Of a stretch of DNA of 64,000 nt, positions 1-11,900 are shown piece after piece (the first letter of the stretch is position 1; each line of letters opens with the position of its first letter). The notes under the pieces were generated by a model, which saw only the letters and a list, made by a program, of their open reading frames with translations, did no database searches and had not been told where the DNA came from. The position numbers were made by a program, and so were the translations under genes. The stretch is from Klebsormidium nitens (taxonomy: Eukaryota > Plantae > Klebsormidiophyceae): assembly GCA_000708835.1 (NCBI GenBank), contig DF237242.1:45950-109949 (forward strand), given 5' to 3'.

Positions 1-3000
1 CTCCGTCTTGAAGCGTCCTGTGTTTGCCGTTACACTTTGACGGCACCGACGTGACTGGCTTTGTGAGTGGCGACTGCTATAAGGGTGCGGGCAGAGTGTT
101 GGGCAAGCAATCAAAAACCTAGTGGGAGACGTCCCGCGACACTGCTTTGAGCTGGCATCTATGATCATACCAAGGACGACCCTGAGCAGAAAGAACTCGT
201 GCGTCCCATCCTTCATGGCTAACCTGACTTTTTGTTTTGCGGCGATGCCAGCGGAAGTCTTCCTAACGGAGTCAAAAGGTTCTGTACCGACCTCACACGC
301 CATCTCAAATACTAAACGTACAAGGAAAGATAGAAGCAAGGCTTGCTGTGAGACACTCAATATGATGATTCTAAAACGCGCTTCGACTTTAATTTACTTG
401 CTACGTCTGCCGTTGAATTTGACCTTGATTATCGAACAGCCGGCCGGCCATGAAAACTGCCGTTGCTGCAAAGCATTACGGAGTCCGCGCGAGACAATCA
501 ATCATGGTTCATTACTACTGATCTCCCAATCAATTTCAAGATCCATTCGACCCCGGATTGTCAGCGCAACTTGGATCTCCAAAGGATTATCCTACCGTCG
601 ACAATCAGAGCTGTTTATTGCTCAGGAACAAACTAGTAAGCACGATGAGCGCCGACAAGGCAACACACCGGTGAACTTGAAGATCCCGTTAAGACAACAG
701 CGCAGAAACAGCTTATAGATCGAGACGGAGAATCAGCCGAGAACATTTCGCAGCCTCGAACGATTTTGCCCAGCGGGCCGGCGTCACACCTATTTGTTTT
801 ACAAGGGCATTTGCAGTGGGCGGAAGTTGAAACGGGCACCGCTCAATAGCCCAATAGCCCAGTAGCGCATCAATCCTTGCCAGGTTGCGGAATCGGACCG
901 CAAAGAAGACGTGAACAGTAGTCTTTCATAAATTCCGCACTGTGTCAAAGTACTTTAGAACGCTGCTCGCGACGTTCAGAAGAATCTGAGCTGGCTGGCG
1001 ATCACTCAGATGGGCTATACGAAAAGCTAGAATGAGCCAGAAGTTCTCGGCCCATATAATCGATCATCGCCAGCCGTCCTCGAAACTTCTGCTCCGTGTT
1101 GGTCGAGCTCAAGCCCACCGGGCCCTCGACGATGAATCGGTAACCAGACGTTGCGGTTCGGACTCCTAGCGGTAGTGGCACCGGTTCCTGGCAAACAACA
1201 TGAGACATTGGATTCACAACGAGAAGTGAAAAGCCATTTTCATTAGGCTCCGGTCCGTTCGCAATCAATCTGAAACACAACTGCTAACGAACCTCAGATG
1301 CAGACAGACGCAAGTGTCACACAAATGCTCATCAACGAGCACTCAATAACCATAACGACAACTTAGGCCAGTGCGCGCGGCCCGCTCGCGTACAGTCCTG
1401 AACTTCGTGTTAGTTCCTTGGATTTGCAGGGCCGACTAAACAGGACGGAACAAATCTTGTCTTGAAATGGCGAGATAGGGGCCGACTAACATGCACGGTT
1501 CTTGTCCTGTGGCATCGAAGGATCATGAGTGCTGCAAGAGACCGGCCCGTTGATATTGACGGTCAACCGGTACCAGCCAAGCCAGGTCAACCGTTCATGG
1601 TTTGCTCGTTGAGATACGGTGTTTGTCGGAACGGTGGAGACAACTGACAACAAGGATGAAGCTAGACCTGCTGCGGGTTGCGAGATCGACGAACTAGTGG
1701 GCGATTGAAAACGAGAACCTACTTTTGGAGCTTCTTGCCAGCTTGGAGCGACGTGCAGAACACCAAGCGGAAAGTTCTAGGCGGAAGTCCAGCTGTATAC
1801 GGCAGATGATAAGTTCGTGTTCACGCCGCGAAAGTTCGAGGGACGAGACGCGGAGTGAGTGCTTGAGTGCATGCGTGCCTGGTAGTTAATTGATTGAGTG
1901 AACGAGTTCTGGCATTTGGAGTGGATGTTTGAGCTCTTGGACTCTGCGCGATACTCAGGCTCGCTCATGGATAGTCCTGTCCATCATTGCCAGGTCTCTT
2001 GAAACGCCACCATTAAGACCGATTCTGTAGTCTCCTCCTATAGGCCTGTTCAAAACATGTGGAAGTATCAAACAGAAGACGAGCGGAACGTCTACCGCAC
2101 ACGCTTTATTGTAGCGCAAGACCCTTGGTCGCTTTTGTACCTTCGCTAACGCCTGGCAGTTCGGCCTGAATATCAGGGACTCGCAGGTTTCTAACTTTAT
2201 CCTGTTGTCAAGCAGCACCGCCCACTTGAACATACTGCTGAGAAAACAAGAGCCGCGATTGGATGCAGCGAGCTGCACATGTGCAGTCCCGCCCTAGAGT
2301 CCCGACAGTGAAATACGGGAGTATTTCTGACTAGCTTGTAAGACTTTTAAATGCGGAAACAGAGTTATTAGCCGAGTCCGCTCTCGTCACGCGGTACTCC
2401 CTTGAGTCCTACGGCATTATCTGCTTATAATGGCACGCAAGCTGTGGGCTGCAGGCGCCCAGCCGCGTTATGCTTTCACCAGTGCCCGCTACAGAACGTA
2501 CGGACTTTTTGGCAGTACTCTTGGGAGTCTTTGCATATGCTCGGCTTCAAGCGGCGACACAAACAAAAACGATGCGACCTCTGCTCGCCGCGCTTTGACG
2601 ACACCGTAACTGGTACGTTTTACTGAGCGGAAATTGCTACAAGGGCACCGGCAAAGTGTTTGAAGGACGCAATCAACGACCAACTTAAGTAGAGAAAATT
2701 TTACGACGCCATTTTGATCTTTGAACTCATCGCTTCAAAATCAACATCAATCCTCGGTAATTTTGCCCAGGCATGGTTGTTAGCCTTGCTTTTGGCATCA
2801 GAGATCAGCCGATGAACTGAAAACGTGCTCATGCGTACGTCCGATCTTCATTGCCAGTATACATTGACTTTTTTGCCTCGTCGAATTGACAGTCCGCCCG
2901 AATGGATTCAGATTCTGGCTACCCCTTAGTACAACTTCCTCCAGACATCCGGATCTCGTTATCAGTGCACCCGCGCCCGAACACAAAACGCAGATCTCTT

Positions 3001-3359
3001 GAACCACAAGATCAATCATGGATTGAATACATATATGGATTTATACAGCCTGACACGCGTGTTCATTTGAGAGACCAGATAAACGGCGGACCGGCTGGTA
3101 CTAGCTGATTGCTCCTGGCGCCGATGAGTATTGACGGGATCCAAAAATCACAATTACTTCAGCACAACTCAAGAAATCTACTGGCTGTTCGAAGCCTTTA
3201 GGATAAAATTGTGCATCCAAACCCCCGCCGTGAAAGTTGGGAAGCCTCAGGAGGCATCTCAAAAAGTACGTATGATCGCGAGAGCTATGAGCAAGATTGC
3301 TCAGCGCACACAGATCATTGCCCTAGCAGGTGACCGGACCCGATAAAATGAACAACCGA

Positions 3360-3800
3360 TGAATAGCCAGCTTCGACCTACCGCGCGGAGCTGCGCGGCC
3401 CGGAAGCGGGCGGGGCGTCCGGGCTGCGCGGCCACGCGGCCGTCGTGCGCCACCGTCGTCGGCGGCGGCCGCGCGGGTACCGGCGGCTGGCGACGTGGCG
3501 GCGGCAACCAAGGGCGGCCGCGCGGCCAGGATACGCTGCACCATACGCGCCCAGCCGGCGCGCTCTGAGCTTGAGCAGCGCGGCCGACGGCGCAGGCTTC
3601 TGAGCGCCGCCACGGGGCGACGCGCTCTAGTCCGCATTTGAACTCCGCGGCCTGGCCGCGGCCGCGCGCGTCAGGCGCAGCTCTTTCGATCCAGCGGACA
3701 GCGCCATCTTGAAGTTCGCCTGAGACGGTCATGACATGAGCACCCACTTGGCACCCACTTGGCCCCGGCTGTCCAGTGAACCAGCGCTGCGCGGCGCGCT
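3360..3800. other. GC/CpG-rich island, possible promoter or element end
   Basis: Abrupt run of GCGCGG/GGCCG/CGGCGG-rich sequence against mixed-composition flanks. The overlapping ORFs are Arg/Ala/Pro-rich GC artefacts. Confidence 0.45.
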
Positions 3801-4524
3801 GCGGCCTTGACAACACCGGTATGAGTGCTCCTTGATGCATGTCGGATTCGGACGTAGCAAATATGCTTCCAGTCTCGCTAACCACAGAAATGATACGCTG
3901 GCAGAGAGCGGATGGACGTACAAGACACGTTTCCATGTCGATCACAGTCCGTGCTTTCCAGTTGCTACTTTATCAGGAGACACACGGTGTGCAGACGTGC
4001 GGCATCAGGGAATCTGATCTCCCATAATCTCAATTTCACTGAGGCCTACTCAGCTGTTCCAATCATTGCCACGGCATACAGTAGGTCACAACGTGCTCGT
4101 AAAGTCCAGAAAAGAATATGCCTTAATCAGTGCCGTTGCGCTGCGCGAAGGGAATCAACGTAGCCTCTTAATTCGGTCGGCAAGCGATTACGTGATGGTG
4201 GCAAGCTCAAATGTTTAGTCGCAGTACAAGCGTGATACCACCATGAAACACCCGAGCACAAAAGCCTGGATCAGCGTGAGGCATGTCATAAACGAGGACA
4301 CGATTCGGATGCAGTCACGGATCCCAGCTCCAGATCGGCCCCTGGACCCAAATTATCAACGAAGGACACTGATCGAGTCGACTCAAGTGCAATTCTCACC
4401 CTTGAAGAATGATTTCGAGGGCATCAATGTGTTCCGACGTGGCAGACATATGACCGAAACGAGTGCTCAGCCACTTAACCCGCAGTTACTCATCATTGCC
4501 TAGGCTTCGTATCTCGGTGCACTT

Positions 4525-4568
4525 GATGTTTCGGACGATGTTTCGGACGATGTTTCGGACGATGTTTC
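4525..4568. repeat. 12-bp tandem repeat (GATGTTTCGGAC)x3.7
   Basis: Three perfect copies at 4525, 4537 and 4549, plus partial GATGTTTC at 4561. Confidence 0.95.
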
Positions 4569-4929
4569 TTTTTGATCTGCGAAGACATGCCAGATCACGC
4601 CAGCGCTAAGGATATTGAGCGTAACTTGTGGACTTGTTCCATTGTGTTAGCGCAGGACGCAAGTCCTCTTCCGATTTACAGGAGGCATCCCCAAAAGGAC
4701 CCTCAGCGCAACTTTTAGGCCTTGAAGTGTCAAGCGACCGCGATTGAGACGAAAACTGGCAGAATACTGCATGTCGATCTGAAGGTGAGCCAATCACACC
4801 AGCAAAATCACAGCCTATGTCGAAAGCTGGCGCGGGCCTTATATATGCGGCATCAGTAAGAGGTGATCGAGTCGTAAGGCATAATATTGCCCCCGGCCAG
4901 ACCTCTTTCACTCATAGCCACTGAATAGA

Positions 4930-6930
4930 AGCATGCCGCACGTGGTGGTTAGCGTTACTAGTTGGATCCCCAGCTATTGGGTCTGAATTCAAATTTCGAC
5001 CCACATGTATAAAGTTATTTGCCGCTGCGATCAGCGGGTCAGGAGGCTGTTCGCAGTTTCGCAGTTGTGAAAACAAACGTCGAGAAGCATGTCGTCAAGC
5101 GCCCGTTGAGAGAGAACAAACGGAGCAAAGCTTCTAGCAGATGCCTGCAGATAGAACGGAAGCAATCGAGGGCACGAGATAACTTACGAGCTATCACAAA
5201 GCAGCGGAAGCGGAGAGCCCAACTTGCGTGGCGGCTGAATTGCAAAGAAGGTTCGCAGCCGTGAACGATGTAGCTGGGCGTTCAACCGTTGGGCTGTCTC
5301 TTGGCATTTCTTGGTTGCTTCGTCCCACGACATACGACGACAGGAAAAGCTCAAAGAAAGAGTTTCTGGCAAGTGCAATGAGTGCCTTAATGAAATGCGG
5401 GCTTCGGTCGAGGCTAAAAGCGAAACTTTCTAATCGATATTGGACGTTTTCACGCCAACTCTGTGGCCTATCCTCATAAAGGGCTCCAAAGCTCTGCTAA
5501 ATTTACGAACGATAAGAAGGAGGCAAAAGCCGACGATTTGGCCGGGCCTGCCGCCTCGACATGCTTCGGCGTCCTTCCTTCAACTCTGGCCGGTATTAGG
5601 AAACGGTCAAAACAGCAAGCAAATTAACGTATTTGACGCAAGCCAAAACAACGTGTCAGAGATCAGCTGCTAGTTTGCTTTTGACACATCGATTGCCCAA
5701 GTTCCGTTAAATTCCTTGTCTGTGGCTTCTTAATGTCTCTTCAACGGGCCAGTCGCCCACTGATTAGGAGTCATCGCCTGCGTAGCAACACAGTGAAGAA
5801 GAATGAGATTGACGTCACCTTCCTGGCTTCAGATTCCAGGTCAATACCTGTTTGAGCAGAATCGCCCAGCCGCCCAAAATTCCTTGCCATCAGAACCTTC
5901 CCACTACACAAAGCATGCCGCACGTTGTGGCGTTTAAAATAGTTTACGTGATTGGGTTTTCGTTCAAATCTGACTTCAAACATCAATTGGCATGTTGACA
6001 AGTCTCTTTGGCGCTTCGACCAACGGCTCACAAGGCTAGTCGCAGCTGTGAAAACAAACGTCGAGAAGCGTGTCCTCAAAAAAGCCAATTGAGTGAAGAA
6101 ATTGTGTATGACTATGGGAACTACTTTGCATGAACCTGCAGATGCCGGAAATATATAGAATCGATTAAAGGCACGAGGTGATTCACAAGTCGGAACGAAT
6201 GGGAGCGGAGAGCCCAAAATGGCGTCTGAATCACAGAAGAAGGTTCGAAGCCGTGAATGATGTAGTCTGGCGCGCGTTCACCCGCAAGACTGCCTCTAGG
6301 CATTACACTGTTGCTTCTTACCGTGACTGTACGAGGCCTGAAAACGCTTGGAAGAAGATTGGCAAGGTCACGAGTCTTATATGTAGTGGTGATGACGGCT
6401 CCGGTTCAAAACACGCAAAACTTCCTTTGAAAGATTGGACGTTTTTGCGCCATATTTCCAGCCTATCATCTTCGCAAAGAGCTCGGAAGCTCTCCAAGAT
6501 TTAGAAACAGAAAGGACGGAGCAAAACGCTGAAGAATTGACCAGACCGCCGCGACACTGTGGCAGCTCGACATGCGTCGTCGACTTCTACAGCTCTGGCC
6601 GGAAACAGGATACGATCAGGGAGCAAGCAAATTAAGGGAATCGAAGCAAGCCAAAGCAACGCGTCAGAGATTAGCTGCTAATCCGCTTTTAACAAATTGA
6701 ATGCAACGAGGCTTGTTTTCCAAGTCTGTGGTCTCTGATCAGTGGGTCTTTTAACGGGACAGTCGCCCATAAGTGCCGAAGAGTCGTCGCTTGCAGTAGC
6801 CATACGTACAGTGAAGAAGATCACCTTGACATCACCTTCCTGGCTTCAGATTGCAGGTCAGCACCTTTACATTGAGCTAATTCGCTCAGCCGCCAGAACT
6901 TCCTTGCCAAAAAAAACCTTCGCACCAGGG
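4930..6930. repeat. Diverged ~1-kb tandem duplication
   Basis: Paired anchors about 980-1000 bp apart: GCATGCCGCACGT (4931/5913), GCAG(T/C)TGTGAAAACAAACGTCGAGAAGC (5061/6042), ATTGGACGTTTT (5439/6434), TCACCTTCCTGGCTTCAGATT (5815/6832). Confidence 0.9.
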
Positions 6931-8914
6931 AAGCAGGCCCAAACCAAGACCCAAAACAATGGCCGGAATCACACAAGGCTTTCGTAACGAGGCAAAGAAG
7001 CGGCTCATCACGTCAAGGAGAGCTTTGAGGAACGAGGACAGTTGCCGAGTCACGGCCAAACAAACATCTCTTATCTCTTCCATGAAAAGAGAAGAGTTCT
7101 TCGGACCGCTTCGTTTAGACGACGTCGCCGGCAGTGTACTATCAAACTCCGCAGGAGCAGAAGTTGCAAGTTCTGACGAAAGGACCAGTAGGTTGATTTA
7201 AGAGCTCCAATGTGATTCGCCATTGAAAAGTACGAGCACACTTGGACTCCCGAGGGCGCCGACAATCTCAGCATCTCTATATTTCGAGGCAGTCGCGCAA
7301 GCGAAAGCCCCAAGGCTCTTCAAAATAGAGCGCTCGAATCTGCTGTTTCAGTGTGGGTTTGTATAATTAAATGGGCTCGGAACGGTCCCCAAAGAGCTGT
7401 CAGAAGGTGTCCGACGTACTCGAGATTCTATCCGTTCATCCGCTGATCAACACCGTTACTGCCTTTGGTAGATCTAAAAGACGGCTTGACATTTTGATGA
7501 CAACCAGCCCGGCAGTTTGCAACCCAAATAAGGCCCTGGCGAGAACCGTGATGGGCAGCGGGAGACGTGAGTGCCATAGAGTTGGAATTAGCACAACTTT
7601 AGACGTGGAGGAGACGTCTTACATTCTACTTATGGAACTGCTCGCGGCCCTGAGCCGGTCACCTGCACGGTCGGGTCGATTGCTGGTGGCTCAAACTATC
7701 TGTCAAACCTACATTGAGCAGCTTAATCCGTGCTCATGTAGTTTTCATTCCTTGCCAGTCAGGGACCTATTCAGTGGAAACTTAACATGCCGAAAACCGA
7801 CGAAAATCAGCCCTAGTGAAGTGGCAGGCTCTTCGTGCAAACCCTAGAACGGTAGACACTTGGGACACCATTGATCGCAGGGTTGCTTCAATAAGACGAT
7901 GAACGTGCAGCGTAGAGTCGGATTGCTGGCTTACGAGCGTACGTAGCTGACCTTGTCATCTGGGCCTGTTCTAAAGACGAGAATGTCGTAAAGCTCACCA
8001 TCCGACCTTCGATTTTGAAGTGCTGGCCAATCAAAGTTTTTGTACAGACAGGCGGTCACCGTGCCACATTCGAAACGTGCGCGCGCGCGTCCTTTCATAC
8101 ATTCATAGGAACCCCAACCAATCATGGTTAGCCCTAAGAATTAACAACTGACTTTTTCGAGGCCCTGGACGTGGCAGGAGACTTCTTGAGCGCTTGTTGC
8201 GACGAGAGCTTCCGCTCAAACGATTTCATCAACGTCACAGCAAGCTGATGGGAAGCTCATTCAACAAATGACTTTCATGAGTGATATAGTAAAATGAGTT
8301 CGCTTGCATTGCATAGTAAGGCGGAGCGTATGCCAGTGGCCAAGCGTCCAAGCGGTTTCAATTTTTCAAAATGGAGCGCCGCTTGACTGAATCACGCTTG
8401 CATCGAGGTGACATTGTTTCATCCTTGAAACTTAATATGCAAATCTCGACAAACAAAGCGTCCCCCGGAAAACAAGTAGAAGAAAGCCTAGACACGAGAA
8501 CCCTAAAAGGTAGGAAAACGAGTCTTGGCTGTGTGGTAGAGGGTTTAGTTACCCTGGAAGCTAAGCGCCGGGGAACGGGGGAAGCGCGTTTGCTGCGTGG
8601 TTTGCTGTTACAGCTAACTACGTAGGGCGGGCAGCAACCACAAAACATATAACCCGGTGATTTGCCCCATGTGCCAATATCCTCCGAAACGCCCGCGGGA
8701 ACAGAAATGTGCACGGGTAACTGTACCGGGCCCTCGACGGATCGCAAAAGATGCAAACCCGCATTAGTTAGATATGATGGTTTCGTTTAACCATCCTTAG
8801 AATCGACTTCAACGAGCCGGTCAGGAGGCGACAGAGAGGGATCATCTTCGAAATCTGGTTTGATATCTACTCGAGAGTCTTCAACTTACAACTTCAAGTT
8901 CACAAGTTGGCACG

Positions 8915-11900
8915 ATGGGTACCGCTTCCGGCCCTCCCCGCATCTTTGCATTCCTTCTTGTCCTGCTGGCCATTGCTTTGCCCATTGTCAACGCAGCTCG
9001 CATTGCTTCGTCCCGAGGTCTCCTGCAAGAGGGCCCTCTTCCAGCTCCCACGTCCGCTCCGACCAGCGCTCCCCCTAGCGCCACCGCTACACCATCCCCT
9101 GAACAGGGCCCTGTTTCAGCACTTGCCAATGCGCCTACCATTGGCGCTCCTGCTTTTTCTCCGCAACAGGGCGCCCCTGTCTTGCCAGTTGTCAGGCCCA
9201 ACCCATCAAACCCCACGCCTGCAGAGGGCCCTGTTTCTGTGCCTGTTGCGGCTCCTGCCAATGCCCCCGCCAGCAATGCGCCTGCAGGTGCCCCGGAACA
9301 GGGCCCTGCAAGCGGTTTTGTCTGCCCCCCAAATGCCAATGCCACGGCGGCATTGGCGCCCATCACTACGCCAACGTTAGTGAGCGGCGCTTATGTCACG
9401 ATCAATGTCAGCAACGTATCTGGGGTGAGTTACTGAATCCCTGGTCACTGAGTGAAGAATGCGATCCTGAAATGCCGCCGCCAGGGTTTGAGTAGAGGAC
9501 ATAAAAGTGTTGAATTGTACCAACCTCAAAGCAAGCTTTCTTTGAAAGGTTGCTTCTCTGATTTCATTGAGGGGCAGACCGCTGCAAGAAAAGGAGTCAA
9601 GATTTTGTGCAAAAGAGGTATGGCTATTAAGCAAACCTTCAAAGACCCATCCATTGCTTGGTCGCCATGACTGTCGCGCTGGCAAACATGAGATCTAAAC
9701 TGTTTAGGTTTGGCCAACTGAACGACTGGAATAGCGTCTTGGTTTGACAAGCGGACTACTCTGATTGGTCCTTTTGCCAAGACCCTAAAAGAGCTGAGGT
9801 TAAAGCGCCACAGAATGTGGCAAATGGCCATGGTGGGTTTAATGTGGGGGTAATGGGAACTCCCCACTCTCTAATATTGAGGAAACGAAAGTCAGGCGAG
9901 GATCTAAAAGCACGGTGCCCCATTGACTATAGTTTGTGTGCATTTCAGCCGGAAAAGCTGAAGTTTAGAGCGCACCATTACAGAAGCTCAGGGACACTTT
10001 GCATAGGTTGCATGCAACCCCAGGAGCTTAGTGAGGAAGATGGTTCATGCATTGGGATCATTTGGTCAACATTGCGTGCTGAAAAGCAGGGACGTTGCCG
10101 CTGAACCACTCCTCAATGAGCCCCTTAGCTCCCTTGGGGCAGGTTACTTGCACTATTCCGTTTTAGGGCAAGTAGCTGCTCGTGATGCTGGCACACAACT
10201 GTGTGCAAACCATTTCATTTTGGGGGTGTTGATACCCGATGACGCGCAGGTTTTGGCACACCCATATCTTGATTAGCTGGCCCTTCGTCCACCTAAAAGA
10301 ACTCCCCGCAGACCTACTAGATGGTTTTAACCTTTTTACTTAGTGTGACCATTTGACACCGCCTACTGTCAAACTGCTAAAAATAGCTTATCTTTCGCAC
10401 CTTGAACACAGGTGGGGTACACGTTTCTGGCGGGCAACGTCACCATCTCGTACCTGTCAGGAGGCCCGAACGTCACCCGGGGGGTCATATTCCTCCCTGA
10501 GGACGGTGTCGACCCCATAGCTTATGCTCCATACGCTCGGGCTACGGCGCTCTCATCGGGGCATTTTGTCGTTATAGCTGCCGACAGGTAACCCCAAACC
10601 AGTCACTTATTCCTGAGTTACTCTGCCTAGGTGCACGTTTCTGCAGAGGACTCAAATCCGGCACCTTTTGATAGGGTAACAAAACGTGGCAGTCTGATAG
10701 CAAACGGTTTTGCCTAAAGGAAGCCGCACACTTGCCAACCTTGACCCACATCCAAACCCCAAATCTAACGCAGCTCCGCAGCTCAATTGGGACCGTCTTC
10801 GAAGCGGTGGTAATGCAACCCGACTTGCAAATTGATCACTGTCGTAACCCCAGCCTGAAAACACCGCATGATTCGGTACAGCCTGCCCCAAAAATACCGG
10901 TTACTTTGTATTGTATGAAGAGATGATTGTTTCAAGATACATTAGCCCCGGGCACCTCAACTAAGAACCCTAACCTAAAACTTTACGCGCTCCGCACCCG
11001 CACGCACCCAAACCCCCAAACTAACCCCACCTGTCCCCGGTGTGCTTACCTTGAAAGAATCGGCCGTTAAAACAATCGAAAGTTGCCGGAGTACCCCAAA
11101 GGACCCTTATTGCTGACCTTGACCACCCGCAAAACCAATGATTGTGTCCTTGCAGCTCCTACGGAACGGTCCTCGGAGCAATGGCGCTGCGGTCCGACTT
11201 ACAGTACTGGGTGCTTGGGGGACATGGGCGGGGAGGAACGGTTGCTGCCGGACTGGCGCCGGTTCTTTACCCGAAGGTCCGGGGACTGATCCTCCTAGCC
11301 GCGACTCTGCCAGGTGCGCCGCTACTATAGTTATTGCACGGTGTGGCCACACAAAGAACAACGTGTCACAGGAAGGAAGATATACCTTCTTGTCGTAGAT
11401 GTGTAAAGGGAACTGGGTACTTGTTTGACAGTTCAAACTAGGGACTGCGAGAGGTTCTCGCGTGCTCAAGTAAGTGACTTCCTCGGGAAAACGATCGAAG
11501 TTGTTGACGAATTCCGGCTTCCTGCGATTGGTCGAGAGATGTATACGGGGTGTTCGTTGCGTGTTTTCAAATTGGAAAGATTTTCCATGTGGGGGCTCGG
11601 TTTGGCACTTCACGTTCGCACCTTTGACTTCAAGGTTTAAACATCGTCGATAGAATTGTGCTGTTAGGACGTACCAGAGAAAGAAGCCCGAACCGCATGT
11701 GTTTAGGAAAGTCCACGCGGGATTGAGCTTTCAGAAACCGAACGAACCTGATTGGGTTTTGCTGTGGGCTGCCAAATGCGAACAGCCTCTCCAAGTCGCG
11801 AATTTATTTGCAGGTTTTCACACAGATATTGAGGTACTAACTGGGGAGAATTGCATAGTGCAAGTGTGTGTATGCTGGACTTCCCATGGTTTTGTAAGCT

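Noticed and set aside
122-718. 198-aa ORF, and an alternative stop-interrupted frame that looked protein-like
   Set aside because: No recognisable domain, splice structure or codon bias; cannot choose a frame or support a gene.
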